NCBI GenBank assembly: GCA_965249725.1
Contig: CBDFMQ010000002.1
Location: 2,016,001 to 2,080,000, forward strand
DNA: 64,000 nucleotides
From: Longimicrobiales bacterium
GTDB lineage: Bacteria; Gemmatimonadota; Gemmatimonadetes; Longimicrobiales; Gaopeijiaceae
Direction of reading: 5' to 3'
The position numbers were made by a program, and so were the translations under genes. Under the pieces are notes generated by a model. It was given only the letters and a program-made list of their open reading frames with translations, made no database searches and was not told the DNA's origin. Position 1 is the stretch's first letter. The number at the start of each line of letters is the position of its first letter. This document shows, one piece after another, positions 38,868 to 48,840 of this stretch.

Positions 38868-40076
38868 ATGCCCATCCCCTCCGTCCCCCTCGATCAGGTC
38901 GTTCGGCTCTGGTTCCACCGACAGGGTCTAACGGGGCCACGAGGCTCGTCGAAGCTTGGCAAACGCACGCTCACCGATCACCTGGAGCGCACGGGGGCGC
39001 TGCAGCTCGACTCGGTCAACGTGGTCGATCGGGCGCACTACCTGACGCTCTGGAGTCGCTTCGGCACGTACGATCGGAAGCGAGTGGACCGCTTGGTCTA
39101 CCACGACGGGGTGGGCTACGACTATTGGGGGCACGAGGCCTCGATCCGGCCCATGTCGCACTTACCGCTCGGCCGGAGGCGCATGCGCGGCTTCCCGCCG
39201 GAGAGCTGGAGTGGGAAGTCGTATTGGAGTGTGTACAAGACCTCGACCGCCTCGAAGCGTCGCGTCTTGAAGCGGCTCAGGGACGAGGGCCCCTTAGAGA
39301 GCGCGGATTTCGAGAGGCGTAAGGGCGAGCGTGAGGACCCGCGGGGCACCGGCATGCTCCTGCCCAAAGAGGACAAACGGTCGCTCAAGGTGATGTGGCA
39401 CGATGGGCGTGTGGCCATCCGCACCCGTCGACACTTCCGCTGCGTGTACGACCTTGCCGAAAGGGTGTATCCCGCCGGGCCCACCGCGAGCGCGGTCGAG
39501 TTCGAGGACAGCTGGCTCTTCATCGGGCTCTCCGGCAATGGAGTCGCCAGCGAACGGCACCTTGCGAACTACTTCACGGCCCCCGACCTGACCGCGCGGG
39601 ACCGGAAGCGGGTCATCGCCCGCAACCTCGAGAAAGGACGCATCGTCGAGGTTCGGGTCGAGGGTCTGAACGGACGGTTCTATGCCCTTCCGGAGCACTT
39701 GGACGCCATGGACGAGCTCACCGAGCCCGAGGGCACCACGCTTGTCTGTCCCTTCGATTCCTTCATGTGGCAGAGGAAGCGCGCCGAAGAGCTACTCGGG
39801 TTCCACTACCGCATCGAGATCTACGTGCCGGCGGCCAAACGGGAGTTCGGATACTACGTGCTCCCGATTCTCCACGACGGAAAGCTCGTGGGACGGCTGG
39901 ACCCCAAGCTGCATCGGGACCGAAGCGAGTTGGAGATCAAGGCCATCTATCTGGAAGCCGGATTCGAACGGGACCGAAGATTCGACCGGGGACTGGCTGA
40001 GACACTGGCAAGCCTGACAGAGCATCTGGGAGCCGACCGTCTCACGCTTCCTGAGGGCTGGCGTAGCCTCGGCTAG
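38868..40076 (+). CDS. YcaQ/AlkZ (HTH_42) crosslink-repair DNA glycosylase
   Basis: LQLDSVNVV.RAHY..LWSR, YWGHEAS, PFD, YRIEIY.P..KR.FGYYVLP and GRLDPK motifs. Confidence 0.92.
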   Translation: MPIPSVPLDQVVRLWFHRQGLTGPRGSSKLGKRTLTDHLERTGALQLDSVNVVDRAHYLTLWSRFGTYDRKRVDRLVYHDGVGYDYWGHEASIRPMSHLPLGRRRMRGFPPESWSGKSYWSVYKTSTASKRRVLKRLRDEGPLESADFERRKGEREDPRGTGMLLPKEDKRSLKVMWHDGRVAIRTRRHFRCVYDLAERVYPAGPTASAVEFEDSWLFIGLSGNGVASERHLANYFTAPDLTARDRKRVIARNLEKGRIVEVRVEGLNGRFYALPEHLDAMDELTEPEGTTLVCPFDSFMWQRKRAEELLGFHYRIEIYVPAAKREFGYYVLPILHDGKLVGRLDPKLHRDRSELEIKAIYLEAGFERDRRFDRGLAETLASLTEHLGADRLTLPEGWRSLG

Positions 40077-40132
40077 TAGACTCGGCTAGTAGACTCGGCT
40101 AGTAGACTCGGCTAGTAGACTCGGCTAGTAGC
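40068..40132. repeat. 13-bp tandem repeat CTCGGCTAGTAGA x5
   Basis: Four perfect units and one ending in C. The first unit contains the YcaQ-family gene's stop codon. Confidence 0.97.
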
Positions 40133-40157
40133 CTCAGTCAGTCCGTTGTCGGCTCGG

Positions 40158-41699
40158 TTAGTCGGTCGTCGCCGCGAGACGGGCCCGGAACTCCGACTCC
40201 CTCTCGGGAGAGAGAGTGGTGAACAGTGACACGATCGGGACCGTCAGCAGCGGGACCACCGTGGTCACGTAGGCCGGATCGAGACCCCCGCCCTGCCCCG
40301 TCAACAACGTCACCAGCGCGCGAACCGGGGCGGGAGCGCCCACCGGAGTCTGCAGGTCGATCCAAAGCGCCCACTTCAGCAGGACGAACCACGTGACCCC
40401 GGCCACATATCCGCCCAGCATGCCCCAGTAGGCACCCTGCTCGGTGGTCCGTCGCCAGTAGAGCACGAAGGCGACCACGATGGCCGCGGGCAGCACCATG
40501 GCGAACGCGAACAAGAGCAGATCCAGGATCGAGACCCGGGTGCTCATGGCGATCCACCACGCGATCAACGCCGACACGAGCGCGAACACGACCGTGACGA
40601 CCTGGTAGGCGCGCAGCCGGCGCTCGGATGAGTACCTGCGTGCAGAGGGGACCCAGTCCCGCACGAACATCGTGGCGCTGGAGAGAAGGATCGGCCCCCC
40701 GGACGAGATCACTGCCGCCAAAACCGCCGCGAGCGCCATACCACCCATGATCGGGCTGATCTCGGCCGCCAAGGTGGTGAGGTTGCGATAGCCGGCCAAG
40801 CCGGAGTCAGGCCCGAACCTGGCGAGTGTCAGGATGCCCACGAGCCCAGCGAGGAGGGGCATGAGCGCTGCAATCGCACCCGCGGCGATGAACGCCGGCG
40901 CAAGGCTCCGCTCGGACCGGGTGGCAGTGGAGTAGTTGGCGTAGATGGATGCGGCAGGAGAGTGGACGGTCGCCGAGAAGAACATCGCCAGAATCGCCAT
41001 CCACCCTCCCCCCGCGAACCCCCACCACGCCGCCGGCGCCTCCGGGGACCGCGCCAACTGCTCATTCACCTGCGAAGTCACCACATCCCACCCGCCGAGC
41101 TCACGAAGGCCAAGAACCCCGACGGCCGAGAGGGAGCCGAGAATCACGGTGCAGTGAATGACGTTGGTCACTGATGTGCCCCATAGGCCCCCCAGAGACA
41201 CATAAGTGGCCAGGACCACTGCGGCGATGAGCGTGCCATGCAGCATCGACAGGGGCGTCAGGGAGCTGATGATGACGCCGATCACATAGGCCTCGATCAC
41301 TACGACAATGGCGTATTCGGTCTGCACGCAAAGACTGGTCAGCCATTGGCATCGCTTGGAGCCGAATCGGACCAGGAACAGCTCACCGACGGTCTGGAGG
41401 CGTAGGCGCCGGTAGTAGACTGCGAAGGCGAGACCCACGAGCACGAGTGCCGCGAACGAACTGATCGCATACCACCACAGGTTCCAGACACCGCCGGTCA
41501 CCACGTCGCCCGCCACCCCGTACGTCCCGGCGCCCCCGATGCGCGCGCCCGCGAGCCCAAAGGCGACGAGCACACCGGACATACCCCCACTCGCCACGGC
41601 CCAGTCGCTGGAGCCCTTCGATCGACGAGCCATGAGGCCCCCGACGACCGTGACTCCGATCAGATAAAGGACGATGACAGAGACGGCGATGTAGTCCAC
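40158..41699 (-). CDS. Sodium:solute symporter family transporter
   Basis: About 13 TM segments, with TVGELF..RFG, GGLWG, AAVLAAVISS and YWRRTT.QGA motifs. Confidence 0.88.
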   Translation of the reverse strand: MDYIAVSVIVLYLIGVTVVGGLMARRSKGSSDWAVASGGMSGVLVAFGLAGARIGGAGTYGVAGDVVTGGVWNLWWYAISSFAALVLVGLAFAVYYRRLRLQTVGELFLVRFGSKRCQWLTSLCVQTEYAIVVVIEAYVIGVIISSLTPLSMLHGTLIAAVVLATYVSLGGLWGTSVTNVIHCTVILGSLSAVGVLGLRELGGWDVVTSQVNEQLARSPEAPAAWWGFAGGGWMAILAMFFSATVHSPAASIYANYSTATRSERSLAPAFIAAGAIAALMPLLAGLVGILTLARFGPDSGLAGYRNLTTLAAEISPIMGGMALAAVLAAVISSGGPILLSSATMFVRDWVPSARRYSSERRLRAYQVVTVVFALVSALIAWWIAMSTRVSILDLLLFAFAMVLPAAIVVAFVLYWRRTTEQGAYWGMLGGYVAGVTWFVLLKWALWIDLQTPVGAPAPVRALVTLLTGQGGGLDPAYVTTVVPLLTVPIVSLFTTLSPERESEFRARLAATTD

Positions 41700-41721
41700 T
41701 CAGGCTCCCCTCACGGACCGA

Positions 41722-42762
41722 TCACACGTTGAACCGCACGTGCATGATATCGCCGTCGGCGACCACGTAGTCCTTGCCTTCGACCTGCAACCTCCCGGCA
41801 TCCTTCACCGCTTGTTCCGAACCGAGCTCCATGAAGGCTTTGTAGGGAGTGACTTCGGCGCGAATGAAGCCGCGTTCCAGATCCGAGTGGATCCGTCCGG
41901 CCGCAGGACGGGCGGTCGTGCCGCGCCGGATGGTCCAGGCCCGCACCTCGTCCTCACTCACCGTGAAGAACGAAATGAGGTCGAGCAGGCCGTAGGCCGT
42001 GCGGATGAACCTGGCGAGCGCCGATTCGCGCAGGCCGAGGTCCTCCAAAAAGGCAGCCTGGTCTTCGGCGTCGAGTCCCGCGATCTCAGCTTCCACGCTC
42101 GCGGAGAGGACGAGGCCTGCGGCCTTCAGCTCGCCCAGGCGAGAGTCCAGGTCCGAGGGCAACTCCTCGGCCGCCCGATCCTCAGCGCGATTGAGCGCCA
42201 CTAGGAGGGGCCGATCCGAGAGCAAGCCGTATCCCTTCAGGTAATCCCGGTTGAGGTCTTGGGCCGGAACCGAACGAAGCGGTCGCTCTTCTCCGAGCGC
42301 GGCTCGCATCGTCTCGAACGCGGCCACCTCCTGAGCTTCGGCCTGTTCCTTCTTCGCTCGGTCGAGTCGGCGTTCGACGATCTCGAGGTCGGCGAAGATG
42401 CACTCGGTGTGAAACGCCTCCAGATCCGCCTTGGGGTCCGGATTCCCTTCGATGGCAGGATTGGCGAAGTCCCTGAGCACGAGACAGAGAGCCTCTTGGT
42501 CCCTGATCTGTTGGAGAGCCCGAGCCGAAAGTCCCTTCTTCTCGGCTCCGTGCTCTCCGGGGATGTCGCAGAAGCTCATCTCGGCATAGGTGGTCTTCTT
42601 CGGCGAGAAGATGCGGGACAGTGCGTCGATGCGGGCATCCGGCACGTGCACGGTTCCAAGGCGGACCTCGCCGGCGAAACCCACCGGTACGTCCTGCCCT
42701 GTCATTGCGTTGAATACCGTGGTCTTCCCCGACCCCGCGAACCCGACCAAACCGATCTTCAT
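41722..42762 (-). CDS. ychF: YchF/Obg-like ATPase
   Basis: V.VPD.RID.L, FFTV..DEVRAWTI, AAG.IHSDLERGFIRAE and EGKDYVV.DGD motifs. Confidence 0.92.
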   Translation of the reverse strand: MKIGLVGFAGSGKTTVFNAMTGQDVPVGFAGEVRLGTVHVPDARIDALSRIFSPKKTTYAEMSFCDIPGEHGAEKKGLSARALQQIRDQEALCLVLRDFANPAIEGNPDPKADLEAFHTECIFADLEIVERRLDRAKKEQAEAQEVAAFETMRAALGEERPLRSVPAQDLNRDYLKGYGLLSDRPLLVALNRAEDRAAEELPSDLDSRLGELKAAGLVLSASVEAEIAGLDAEDQAAFLEDLGLRESALARFIRTAYGLLDLISFFTVSEDEVRAWTIRRGTTARPAAGRIHSDLERGFIRAEVTPYKAFMELGSEQAVKDAGRLQVEGKDYVVADGDIMHVRFNV

Positions 42763-42909
42763 TACCTCTCCGTCGTTTCAGGAAGCATACAGTATAGCGG
42801 AAATCTGGACGCCCACGTGGCCGGCACAAACTACGCTCATCCGGAAAACTATCCCGTCCAACGGCGAGTTTTCCACAACCAAAAGACCAGTCGAAAGGCC
42901 CTTTGCCGC

Positions 42910-42924
42910 TGGCACGGATCTCGC
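42910..42924 (+). promoter_or_regulatory. Sigma54 (-24/-12) promoter candidate
   Basis: TGGCAC-GGATC-TCGC, one mismatch from TGGCAC-N5-TTGC. Confidence 0.55.
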
Positions 42925-43145
42925 CTCAATAGGTTTTCGTAGTCCATTTCAAGCAGCATCTCCACCGGTCGTCCTCACTCCGAGGTGATGAGTCAGGAGA
43001 AGCTCGAGCGGGAGAGCTCTCTTGCGCATCTTCTCGTTCCCACCCCGTGCCGGACTCAGTGGCCCGGATCAGTGCCTCTTCGCAGCACAGATGTGTCCCA
43101 AACACTGGGACGGCATACGACTCTCGGCCAACGGAGGGATGACCC

Positions 43146-43292
43146 ATGTATAGAAGACCGGGTTCATCCGGCGGCGCCGGGCTCTTCGCGTTCTTCCTCG
43201 TTGTCTGCGGTGCTCTCTACCTCGGTGCGTGTCCGGATTCCACGGGCACGCCGGAGCCGAAGGAAGCGCAGGTTCGACCCTGGGCCTACTAA
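43146..43292 (+). CDS. 48-aa micro-lipoprotein
   Basis: GGAGG RBS. MYRRPGSSGGAGLFAFFLVVCGALYLGA-CPDSTGTPEPKEAQVRPWAY has a basic n-region, a hydrophobic h-region and lipobox LGAC. Confidence 0.65.
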   Translation: MYRRPGSSGGAGLFAFFLVVCGALYLGACPDSTGTPEPKEAQVRPWAY

Positions 43293-43456
43293 CGTTCCGC
43301 CTGGTACGTTTCGGCAGTACGACAAGAACCGAGTAGGATCGAGTAGGCGCACAGGACCTCACAGACCCCCGTCGGAAGTAACGAACGGCGCTCGAGCGGT
43401 GGTTCAGAGACATTCGACGACCCATACGTTCGGCCTTCCGGCGGGTATCCAATGCC

Positions 43457-43486
43457 TTGACAGTCCGGGGCAGTTTCCGTCATATC
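43457..43486 (+). promoter_or_regulatory. Possible sigma70 promoter of the leu leader
   Basis: Perfect TTGACA. The -10 box is only weak (TCATAT/CATATC). Confidence 0.35.
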
Positions 43487-43569
43487 TAGGCGCTTCCATC
43501 GTTCTTTGGCCGTACACATGGCGCGGTAGGCGTCCCGCCCTTATGCGTCCCGCCACACAGAAGAAGAGC

Positions 43570-43674
43570 ATGAACCGGAACAAGACAATGACCTTTAGTC
43601 TTGACTGCCTTCGACTTACCGGGCTTCTTCCGCCGATAAGAGGGCACCGGTTCGTGCAGCTCGGGACGACCTGA
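43570..43674 (+). CDS. leu operon leader peptide
   Basis: MNRNKTMTFSLDCLRLTGLLPPIRGHRFVQLGTT has five CTT Leu codons within ten codons. Alternative start at 43588. Confidence 0.75.
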   Translation: MNRNKTMTFSLDCLRLTGLLPPIRGHRFVQLGTT

Positions 43675-43702
43675 GCGAACGGAATCGGAAGCGCGAAACG
43701 CG

Positions 43703-43738
43703 CGGGCCCTCTCGGAAACGAGGGGGCCCGATTTTTTT
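43703..43738 (+). terminator. Attenuator intrinsic terminator upstream of leuA
   Basis: CGGGCCCTCTCG-GAAA-CGAGGGGGCCCG (12 bp, one G-U) followed by A and T7. Confidence 0.92.
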
Positions 43739-43773
43739 GGGGTTGGCACTAGAAGGCGGTTGAAGGAAACACA

Positions 43774-45330
43774 ATGGCCAAGATCACAGTGTTCGATACG
43801 ACACTCCGGGACGGCGAGCAGTCTCCGGGTTGCACGATGTCCACCGCTGAGAAGCTCAGGATGGCACATCGACTCGACGAGTTGGGGGTCGACGTCATCG
43901 AGGCGGGTTTTCCCGTCGCGTCCGACGACGATTTCAACGGGGTCCGCTCCATCGTCCGCGAAGTACGGCGGCCCATCATTGCCGCGCTCGCACGAGCGCA
44001 TCCGGTCGATGTCGACCGGGCTGCCAAGGCGGTCGAGGAGGCACAAAATCCTCGCGTGCACGTCTTCCTCGCCACCTCCGACATACACCTCGAGCACAAG
44101 CTCGAGATCACGCGCGACGAGTGCCTAGCCCGGGTCGTAGAGGCCGTGGAAAGGGCGCGCCAACTCGCGGACGACGTGGAGTTCAGCGCGGAGGACGCTA
44201 CCCGAACCGACGTCGGATTCCTCTGTCAGGTCGCGCAAGCAGCAGTAGAGGCAGGCGCCACGACCATCAACATCCCGGACACGGTGGGCTACACCCTGCC
44301 CAGGGAGTACGCCGCACTCATGCAGACGCTGTTCCGTGAGGTGGAAGGTCTGGACGAGGTGGTGGTCAGCGTGCACTGCCACGATGACCTCGGACTGGCC
44401 GTGGCGAACTCTCTGGCCGCCATCGAGGCGGGAGCCCGTCAGGTCGAATGCACGATCAACGGCATCGGTGAGCGGGCGGGTAACGCTTCGCTGGAGGAGA
44501 TCGTGATGGCCCTCAAGGTGCGCGGCGACCTGACGGAGCACTTCACGGACGTCAACACGCGTGAACTCTACAAGGCGAGCCAACTCCTGTCTCACATCAC
44601 AGGGATGAACCCCCAGGCCAATAAAGCCATCGTGGGCAAGAACGCGTTCGCTCACGAGGCCGGCATCCATCAGCACGGAATGCTGAAGGAGAAGATGACC
44701 TACGAGATCATGACCCCCGAGATGGTTGGCCAACCCGACACACAGCTCGTGTTGGGGAAGCACTCGGGTCGGGCCGGGCTCAAGAACCGGTATGAGGAGC
44801 TGGGCTACGAGTTGGAGCCCGAAGAGCTGGATCGGGCGTACAAGCTGTTCACCCTCCTGGCGGATCAGAAGAAGACCGTCCTGGACGAGGATCTGCTGGT
44901 GATCCTGCACCATGGGGCGATGGTGGATACTCCGAGGTCGTTCCGCCTCGTGGAGCTCGATGTGCACTGCGGAGGGGAATGGTCCACGGCGCGCGTAAGG
45001 CTCAGGCACGGTGACGGCGCACCCATGGAGGCGTCTGGCAAGGGAGACGGCCCCATCGCGGCGACGTTCTCGGCCATCGACGAACTGATCGACGCCACGG
45101 TGGAAATCGTGGACTTCGAGATCGTCGCGGCCACGCCGGGCCGGGACGCCGTGGGTGAGGTCAACCTGCACGCGCGCATCGGTGGTCAGACGTTCTCCGG
45201 CAGCGGGGCGTCCACTGATGTGGTCGATGCCGCAGCCCGCGCCTACGTGAACGCCCTCAACAAGGCGGAACAAGCCAAGGCGCTGGAGGGCATGGAGTTG
45301 GAGAAGGAGAGCTACCTGTGGGGTGTCTGA
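43774..45330 (+). CDS. leuA: 2-isopropylmalate synthase
   Basis: FDTTLRDGEQSPG, HCHDDLG, GIGERAGN and HEAGIHQHG motifs, with the regulatory domain. Confidence 0.97.
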   Translation: MAKITVFDTTLRDGEQSPGCTMSTAEKLRMAHRLDELGVDVIEAGFPVASDDDFNGVRSIVREVRRPIIAALARAHPVDVDRAAKAVEEAQNPRVHVFLATSDIHLEHKLEITRDECLARVVEAVERARQLADDVEFSAEDATRTDVGFLCQVAQAAVEAGATTINIPDTVGYTLPREYAALMQTLFREVEGLDEVVVSVHCHDDLGLAVANSLAAIEAGARQVECTINGIGERAGNASLEEIVMALKVRGDLTEHFTDVNTRELYKASQLLSHITGMNPQANKAIVGKNAFAHEAGIHQHGMLKEKMTYEIMTPEMVGQPDTQLVLGKHSGRAGLKNRYEELGYELEPEELDRAYKLFTLLADQKKTVLDEDLLVILHHGAMVDTPRSFRLVELDVHCGGEWSTARVRLRHGDGAPMEASGKGDGPIAATFSAIDELIDATVEIVDFEIVAATPGRDAVGEVNLHARIGGQTFSGSGASTDVVDAAARAYVNALNKAEQAKALEGMELEKESYLWGV

Positions 45331-46411
45331 CGTGACGTGGCGCCTCGCGGTCCTTCCGGGAGACGGAGTCGGCCCTGAGGTAACGGACGCCGCGGTACAG
45401 GTGCTGCTCGCAGCGGCGGAGCGGTTCGGGCACGAAGCGGACCTGCAGTTCCACGACGTGGGGTGGACCGCCTTTGATCGACACGGCGTCCCTCTCCCGG
45501 ATTCGACACTCGACGCCTGCAAGGCCGCGGACGCGGTACTGCTGGGAGCGGTGGGGGACCCGCGCGGAGACGGCCTCGATCCCGAGCTCCGTCCCGAGGC
45601 TGCTCTCCTCGCGCTGCGGCAAGAGATGGGCTGCTTCGCCAACCTGCGGCCGGTTCGTCTCGTTCCGGCCCTGGCGGACGCGTCTCCTCTGCGGCGCGAC
45701 CGCGTCGACGGCACGGACCTCGTCATCGTCCGGGAGCTGGCCGGCGGACTCTACTACGGACAGCCTCGCGGACCCGTCGATGACGGCGACGCCGCACTCG
45801 ACACCATGAAGTACAGCCGCGACGAAGTGGTCAGGATCGCCAAGGTCGCCTTCGAGACCGCGCGTGGTAGGCGACAGCAGGTGCTGTCCATCGACAAGGC
45901 CAACGTCCTGTACAGCTCTCGGTTGTGGCGTGCGGTGGTCAACGAGGTCGCCGCGGACTACCCCGACGTAGAGTGCACCCACATGCTGGTCGACCGGGCC
46001 GCAATGGAGCTGGTGCTCGATCCCGCTCAGATCGATGTGATGCTCACGGCCAACCTGTTCGGCGACGTGCTGAGTGACGAGGCGGCCGCGGTGGTGGGAT
46101 CGATCGGGCTGCTCGCCTCGGCCAGCATCGGCGGTGGCGGTGGGATCTTCGAGCCCGTTCACGGCTCTGCTCCGGACATCGCGGGCACAGGCACCGCCAA
46201 TCCGCTGGCTATGATCCTGTCGACGGCCCTGCTGCTACGTCATGTGTACGGACACGAGGAAGAAGCGACGGCGATCGAAACCGCCGTGGAGCAGGTGCTC
46301 GGGACGGGCTTGCGGACCGCTGACCTGGCTCGCGACGGTGAAGCTTCGATAGGCACCGAAGCGATGGGTGAAGCGGTCGCGACGGCCGTGGAGGCATCGG
46401 CCCTTGCCTAG
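45323..46411 (+). CDS. leuB: 3-isopropylmalate dehydrogenase
   Basis: [30 protein letters not shown] and [12 protein letters not shown] motifs. Confidence 0.97.
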   Translation: MSDVTWRLAVLPGDGVGPEVTDAAVQVLLAAAERFGHEADLQFHDVGWTAFDRHGVPLPDSTLDACKAADAVLLGAVGDPRGDGLDPELRPEAALLALRQEMGCFANLRPVRLVPALADASPLRRDRVDGTDLVIVRELAGGLYYGQPRGPVDDGDAALDTMKYSRDEVVRIAKVAFETARGRRQQVLSIDKANVLYSSRLWRAVVNEVAADYPDVECTHMLVDRAAMELVLDPAQIDVMLTANLFGDVLSDEAAAVVGSIGLLASASIGGGGGIFEPVHGSAPDIAGTGTANPLAMILSTALLLRHVYGHEEEATAIETAVEQVLGTGLRTADLARDGEASIGTEAMGEAVATAVEASALA

Positions 46412-47804
46412 GACAATGCTCGACAAGATCTGGGACGCCCATCTCGTGCACAGCGAAGAAGGCAAGCCGGACCTGCTCTATATCGATCTCCACCTGCTCC
46501 ATGAGGTTACCTCCCCGCAGGCGTTCGAAGGGCTTCGCCTGGCGGGTCGGAGCGTTCGGCGCCCCGAACTATGCGTGGCCACCGTCGATCACAATGTGCC
46601 CACGACCGATCGCTCGCTTCCCATCGTCGACGACCTCGCGCGTCTTCAGATCGAGGCTCTGAGGAAGAACGCTAAGGAGTTCGGGGTCGAGCTCTTCGAC
46701 GTCGACAGCCCCAACCAAGGGATCGTCCACGTCATCGGACCGGAGATGGGCCTTACGCAGCCGGGCATGACCATCGTTTGCGGCGATAGCCACACGTCGA
46801 CTCACGGAGCGTTCGGAGCGCTCGCTATGGGCATCGGCACCTCTCAAGTCGAGCATGTTCTCGCCACACAGTGCATGCCCCGCGCCCGGCCCAAGTCGAT
46901 GGAAATTCGGGTGAACGGAGATCTACCCCCCGGCGTGACGGCAAAGGACCTGATTCTCGGGATCATCGCCCAGATCGGGATCGGGGGCGGCACCGGACAC
47001 GTCATCGAGTACACGGGCGAAGCCATCCGCACCCTCTCCATGGAAGGGCGCATGACGGTCTGCAACATGTCGATCGAAGCGGGCGCGCGCGCGGGCATGA
47101 TCGCCCCCGACGAGACCACCTTCAGATACTTGGAAGGGCGGCCTCGAGCGCCACAAGGCGCCGATTTCGATAAGGCCGTTTCCCGCTGGCGGAAACTCGC
47201 CACCGACGACGGTGCGAGATTCGACAGCACGGTGGAGATCGACGCGGCAGGGCTGGCGCCTTGGGTCACGTGGGGGACCAATCCAGGCATGTCGATACCG
47301 ATTACCGGCACGATTCCGGGGGCCGAAGCCGATGGGTCGGCCGACGACCGGGAGGCGGTCCAGCGGGCCTTGGCCTACATGGACCTGACGCCTGGCACGC
47401 CGATCCAGGACGTCTCCATCGATCGGGTCTTTCTCGGCTCGTGCACCAACGCCCGAATCGACGACTTGCGGGCGGCCGCCTCGATCCTGGACGGGCGCCG
47501 GGTACACGACGACGTACGCGCGATGGTGGTGCCCGGATCGGCGGCGGTGAAGAAGGCAGCCGAGGAGGAGGGCCTCGATCGAGTGTTCATCGAAGCCGGT
47601 TTCGAGTGGAGGGAAGCCGGGTGCTCGATGTGCCTAGGGATGAACCCGGACATCCTCGATCCTGGTGAGCGTTGTGCGTCGACGTCGAACCGCAACTTCG
47701 AGGGACGTCAGGGTCGAGGTGGGCGGACGCATCTCGTGAGTCCGCAGATGGCGGCGGCAGCGGCCGTGGCTGGTCACTTCGTCGACATCAGGGATTGGGG
47801 CTGA
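46404..47804 (+). CDS. leuC: 3-isopropylmalate dehydratase large subunit
   Basis: [33 protein letters not shown] and [12 protein letters not shown] motifs. Probable TTG start ([10 protein letters not shown]) after GGAGG. Confidence 0.97.
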   Translation: MPRTMLDKIWDAHLVHSEEGKPDLLYIDLHLLHEVTSPQAFEGLRLAGRSVRRPELCVATVDHNVPTTDRSLPIVDDLARLQIEALRKNAKEFGVELFDVDSPNQGIVHVIGPEMGLTQPGMTIVCGDSHTSTHGAFGALAMGIGTSQVEHVLATQCMPRARPKSMEIRVNGDLPPGVTAKDLILGIIAQIGIGGGTGHVIEYTGEAIRTLSMEGRMTVCNMSIEAGARAGMIAPDETTFRYLEGRPRAPQGADFDKAVSRWRKLATDDGARFDSTVEIDAAGLAPWVTWGTNPGMSIPITGTIPGAEADGSADDREAVQRALAYMDLTPGTPIQDVSIDRVFLGSCTNARIDDLRAAASILDGRRVHDDVRAMVVPGSAAVKKAAEEEGLDRVFIEAGFEWREAGCSMCLGMNPDILDPGERCASTSNRNFEGRQGRGGRTHLVSPQMAAAAAVAGHFVDIRDWG

Positions 47805-47807
47805 CCC

Positions 47808-48407
47808 ATGGAGCCGTTCACCACACACACGGGGTTGGTCGCACCGCTGGATCGGGTGGATGTAGACACCGATCAGATCATTCCCAAGCAGTTCCTGAAA
47901 CGCATCGAACGTACGGGCTATGGCCAGTTCCTCTTCAACGACTGGCGGACACTCGAAGACGGGTCTCCGAATCCGGAGTTTGCTCTGAACCAGCCCGAGT
48001 ACGAGGGAGCGAGCATCCTCGTAGCCGGCCGCAATTTCGGGTGCGGATCGTCTCGCGAGCATGCCCCCTGGGCGCTCAGCGATTTCGGATTTCGGACCGT
48101 CATCGCGTCGAGCTTCGCGGACATCTTCCGGAGCAACAGCTTTCAGAACGGCCTGCTTCCCCTCCAGCTCACCGAGGATGAGGTCGAGCACGTGATGACC
48201 GCCGCGCTGTCAGGTGACGGGTATACGCTCACGGTGGACCTGGAGGCACAGCGGGTAAGCGATGGGACGGGTTGGCAGGCGGACTTCTCCGTGGATCCGT
48301 TTCGCCGCGACTGCCTGTTGAACGGGCTGGACGACATCGCATTGACCCTGCAGGTCGAGGATCGGATCCAGGAGTTCGAGGACGCACGCGGGGTGTCCGC
48401 GGGCTGA
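47808..48407 (+). CDS. leuD: 3-isopropylmalate dehydratase small subunit
   Basis: [13 protein letters not shown] and [15 protein letters not shown] motifs. Confidence 0.97.
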   Translation: MEPFTTHTGLVAPLDRVDVDTDQIIPKQFLKRIERTGYGQFLFNDWRTLEDGSPNPEFALNQPEYEGASILVAGRNFGCGSSREHAPWALSDFGFRTVIASSFADIFRSNSFQNGLLPLQLTEDEVEHVMTAALSGDGYTLTVDLEAQRVSDGTGWQADFSVDPFRRDCLLNGLDDIALTLQVEDRIQEFEDARGVSAG

Positions 48408-48449
48408 CGCCCTAACCCGCAGGATCCAAGCCGTCGCGACTCGCGGTGG

Positions 48450-48614
48450 TCAGGGTCCTGTCAGGCGCTCCTCGATACGGGCCAACCGGGCCTCGATCTC
48501 ACGGAGCTGGTGGAGGATCATGACGTGCGTCTTCTTGGCGTCGATTCCCACCGGGCTGGCTTCGCTGCCGATCTCTGCCTCGATGGCCTGATATTGATCC
48601 TCCGGGATGTTCAT
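48450..48614 (-). CDS. Small hypothetical protein (54 aa) with coiled-coil tail
   Basis: AGGAG RBS before MNIPEDQY...SPVGIDAKKTHVMILHQL..IE.RL.RIE. Confidence 0.7.
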   Translation of the reverse strand: MNIPEDQYQAIEAEIGSEASPVGIDAKKTHVMILHQLREIEARLARIEERLTGP

Positions 48615-48840
48615 GGCTGGCTCCTGACCGTCGTTCGAGTCCGTAGGGTGAAAGCTGTGGTCGTCCGGGCAGGACCACAGACGTCGTGTGGGCAGAACGA
48701 TACGGGAACACGGACCGGCCGGCCAAACCGCCCCCACCGGACTCGGATCCCCTGGCCCGGAGACGGCCAGTAGAGAAGATTGCTCGTGCAGTCGCTTCAG
48801 CCGTCTCCGTTTGGTGCGGCTCGTTCCAAGGAGGAATGTC

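Noticed and set aside
40068..40132. CRISPR array
   Set aside because: The 13-bp units are contiguous with no spacers, and there are no cas genes.
42840..42910. c-di-GMP-I riboswitch on the minus strand (GGCAAA...)
   Set aside because: The GNRA tetraloop/receptor layout and second conserved block could not be matched.
42985..43674. 229-aa ORF upstream of leuA
   Set aside because: It is an Arg/Ser-rich non-protein-like sequence overlapping the micro-lipoprotein. Only its last 34 codons make sense, as the leader peptide.
47802..47810. In-frame TGA between leuC and leuD (and at 54866-54874) as Sec read-through
   Set aside because: Both flanks are complete, separate genes with their own ATG, and there is no redox Cys context.
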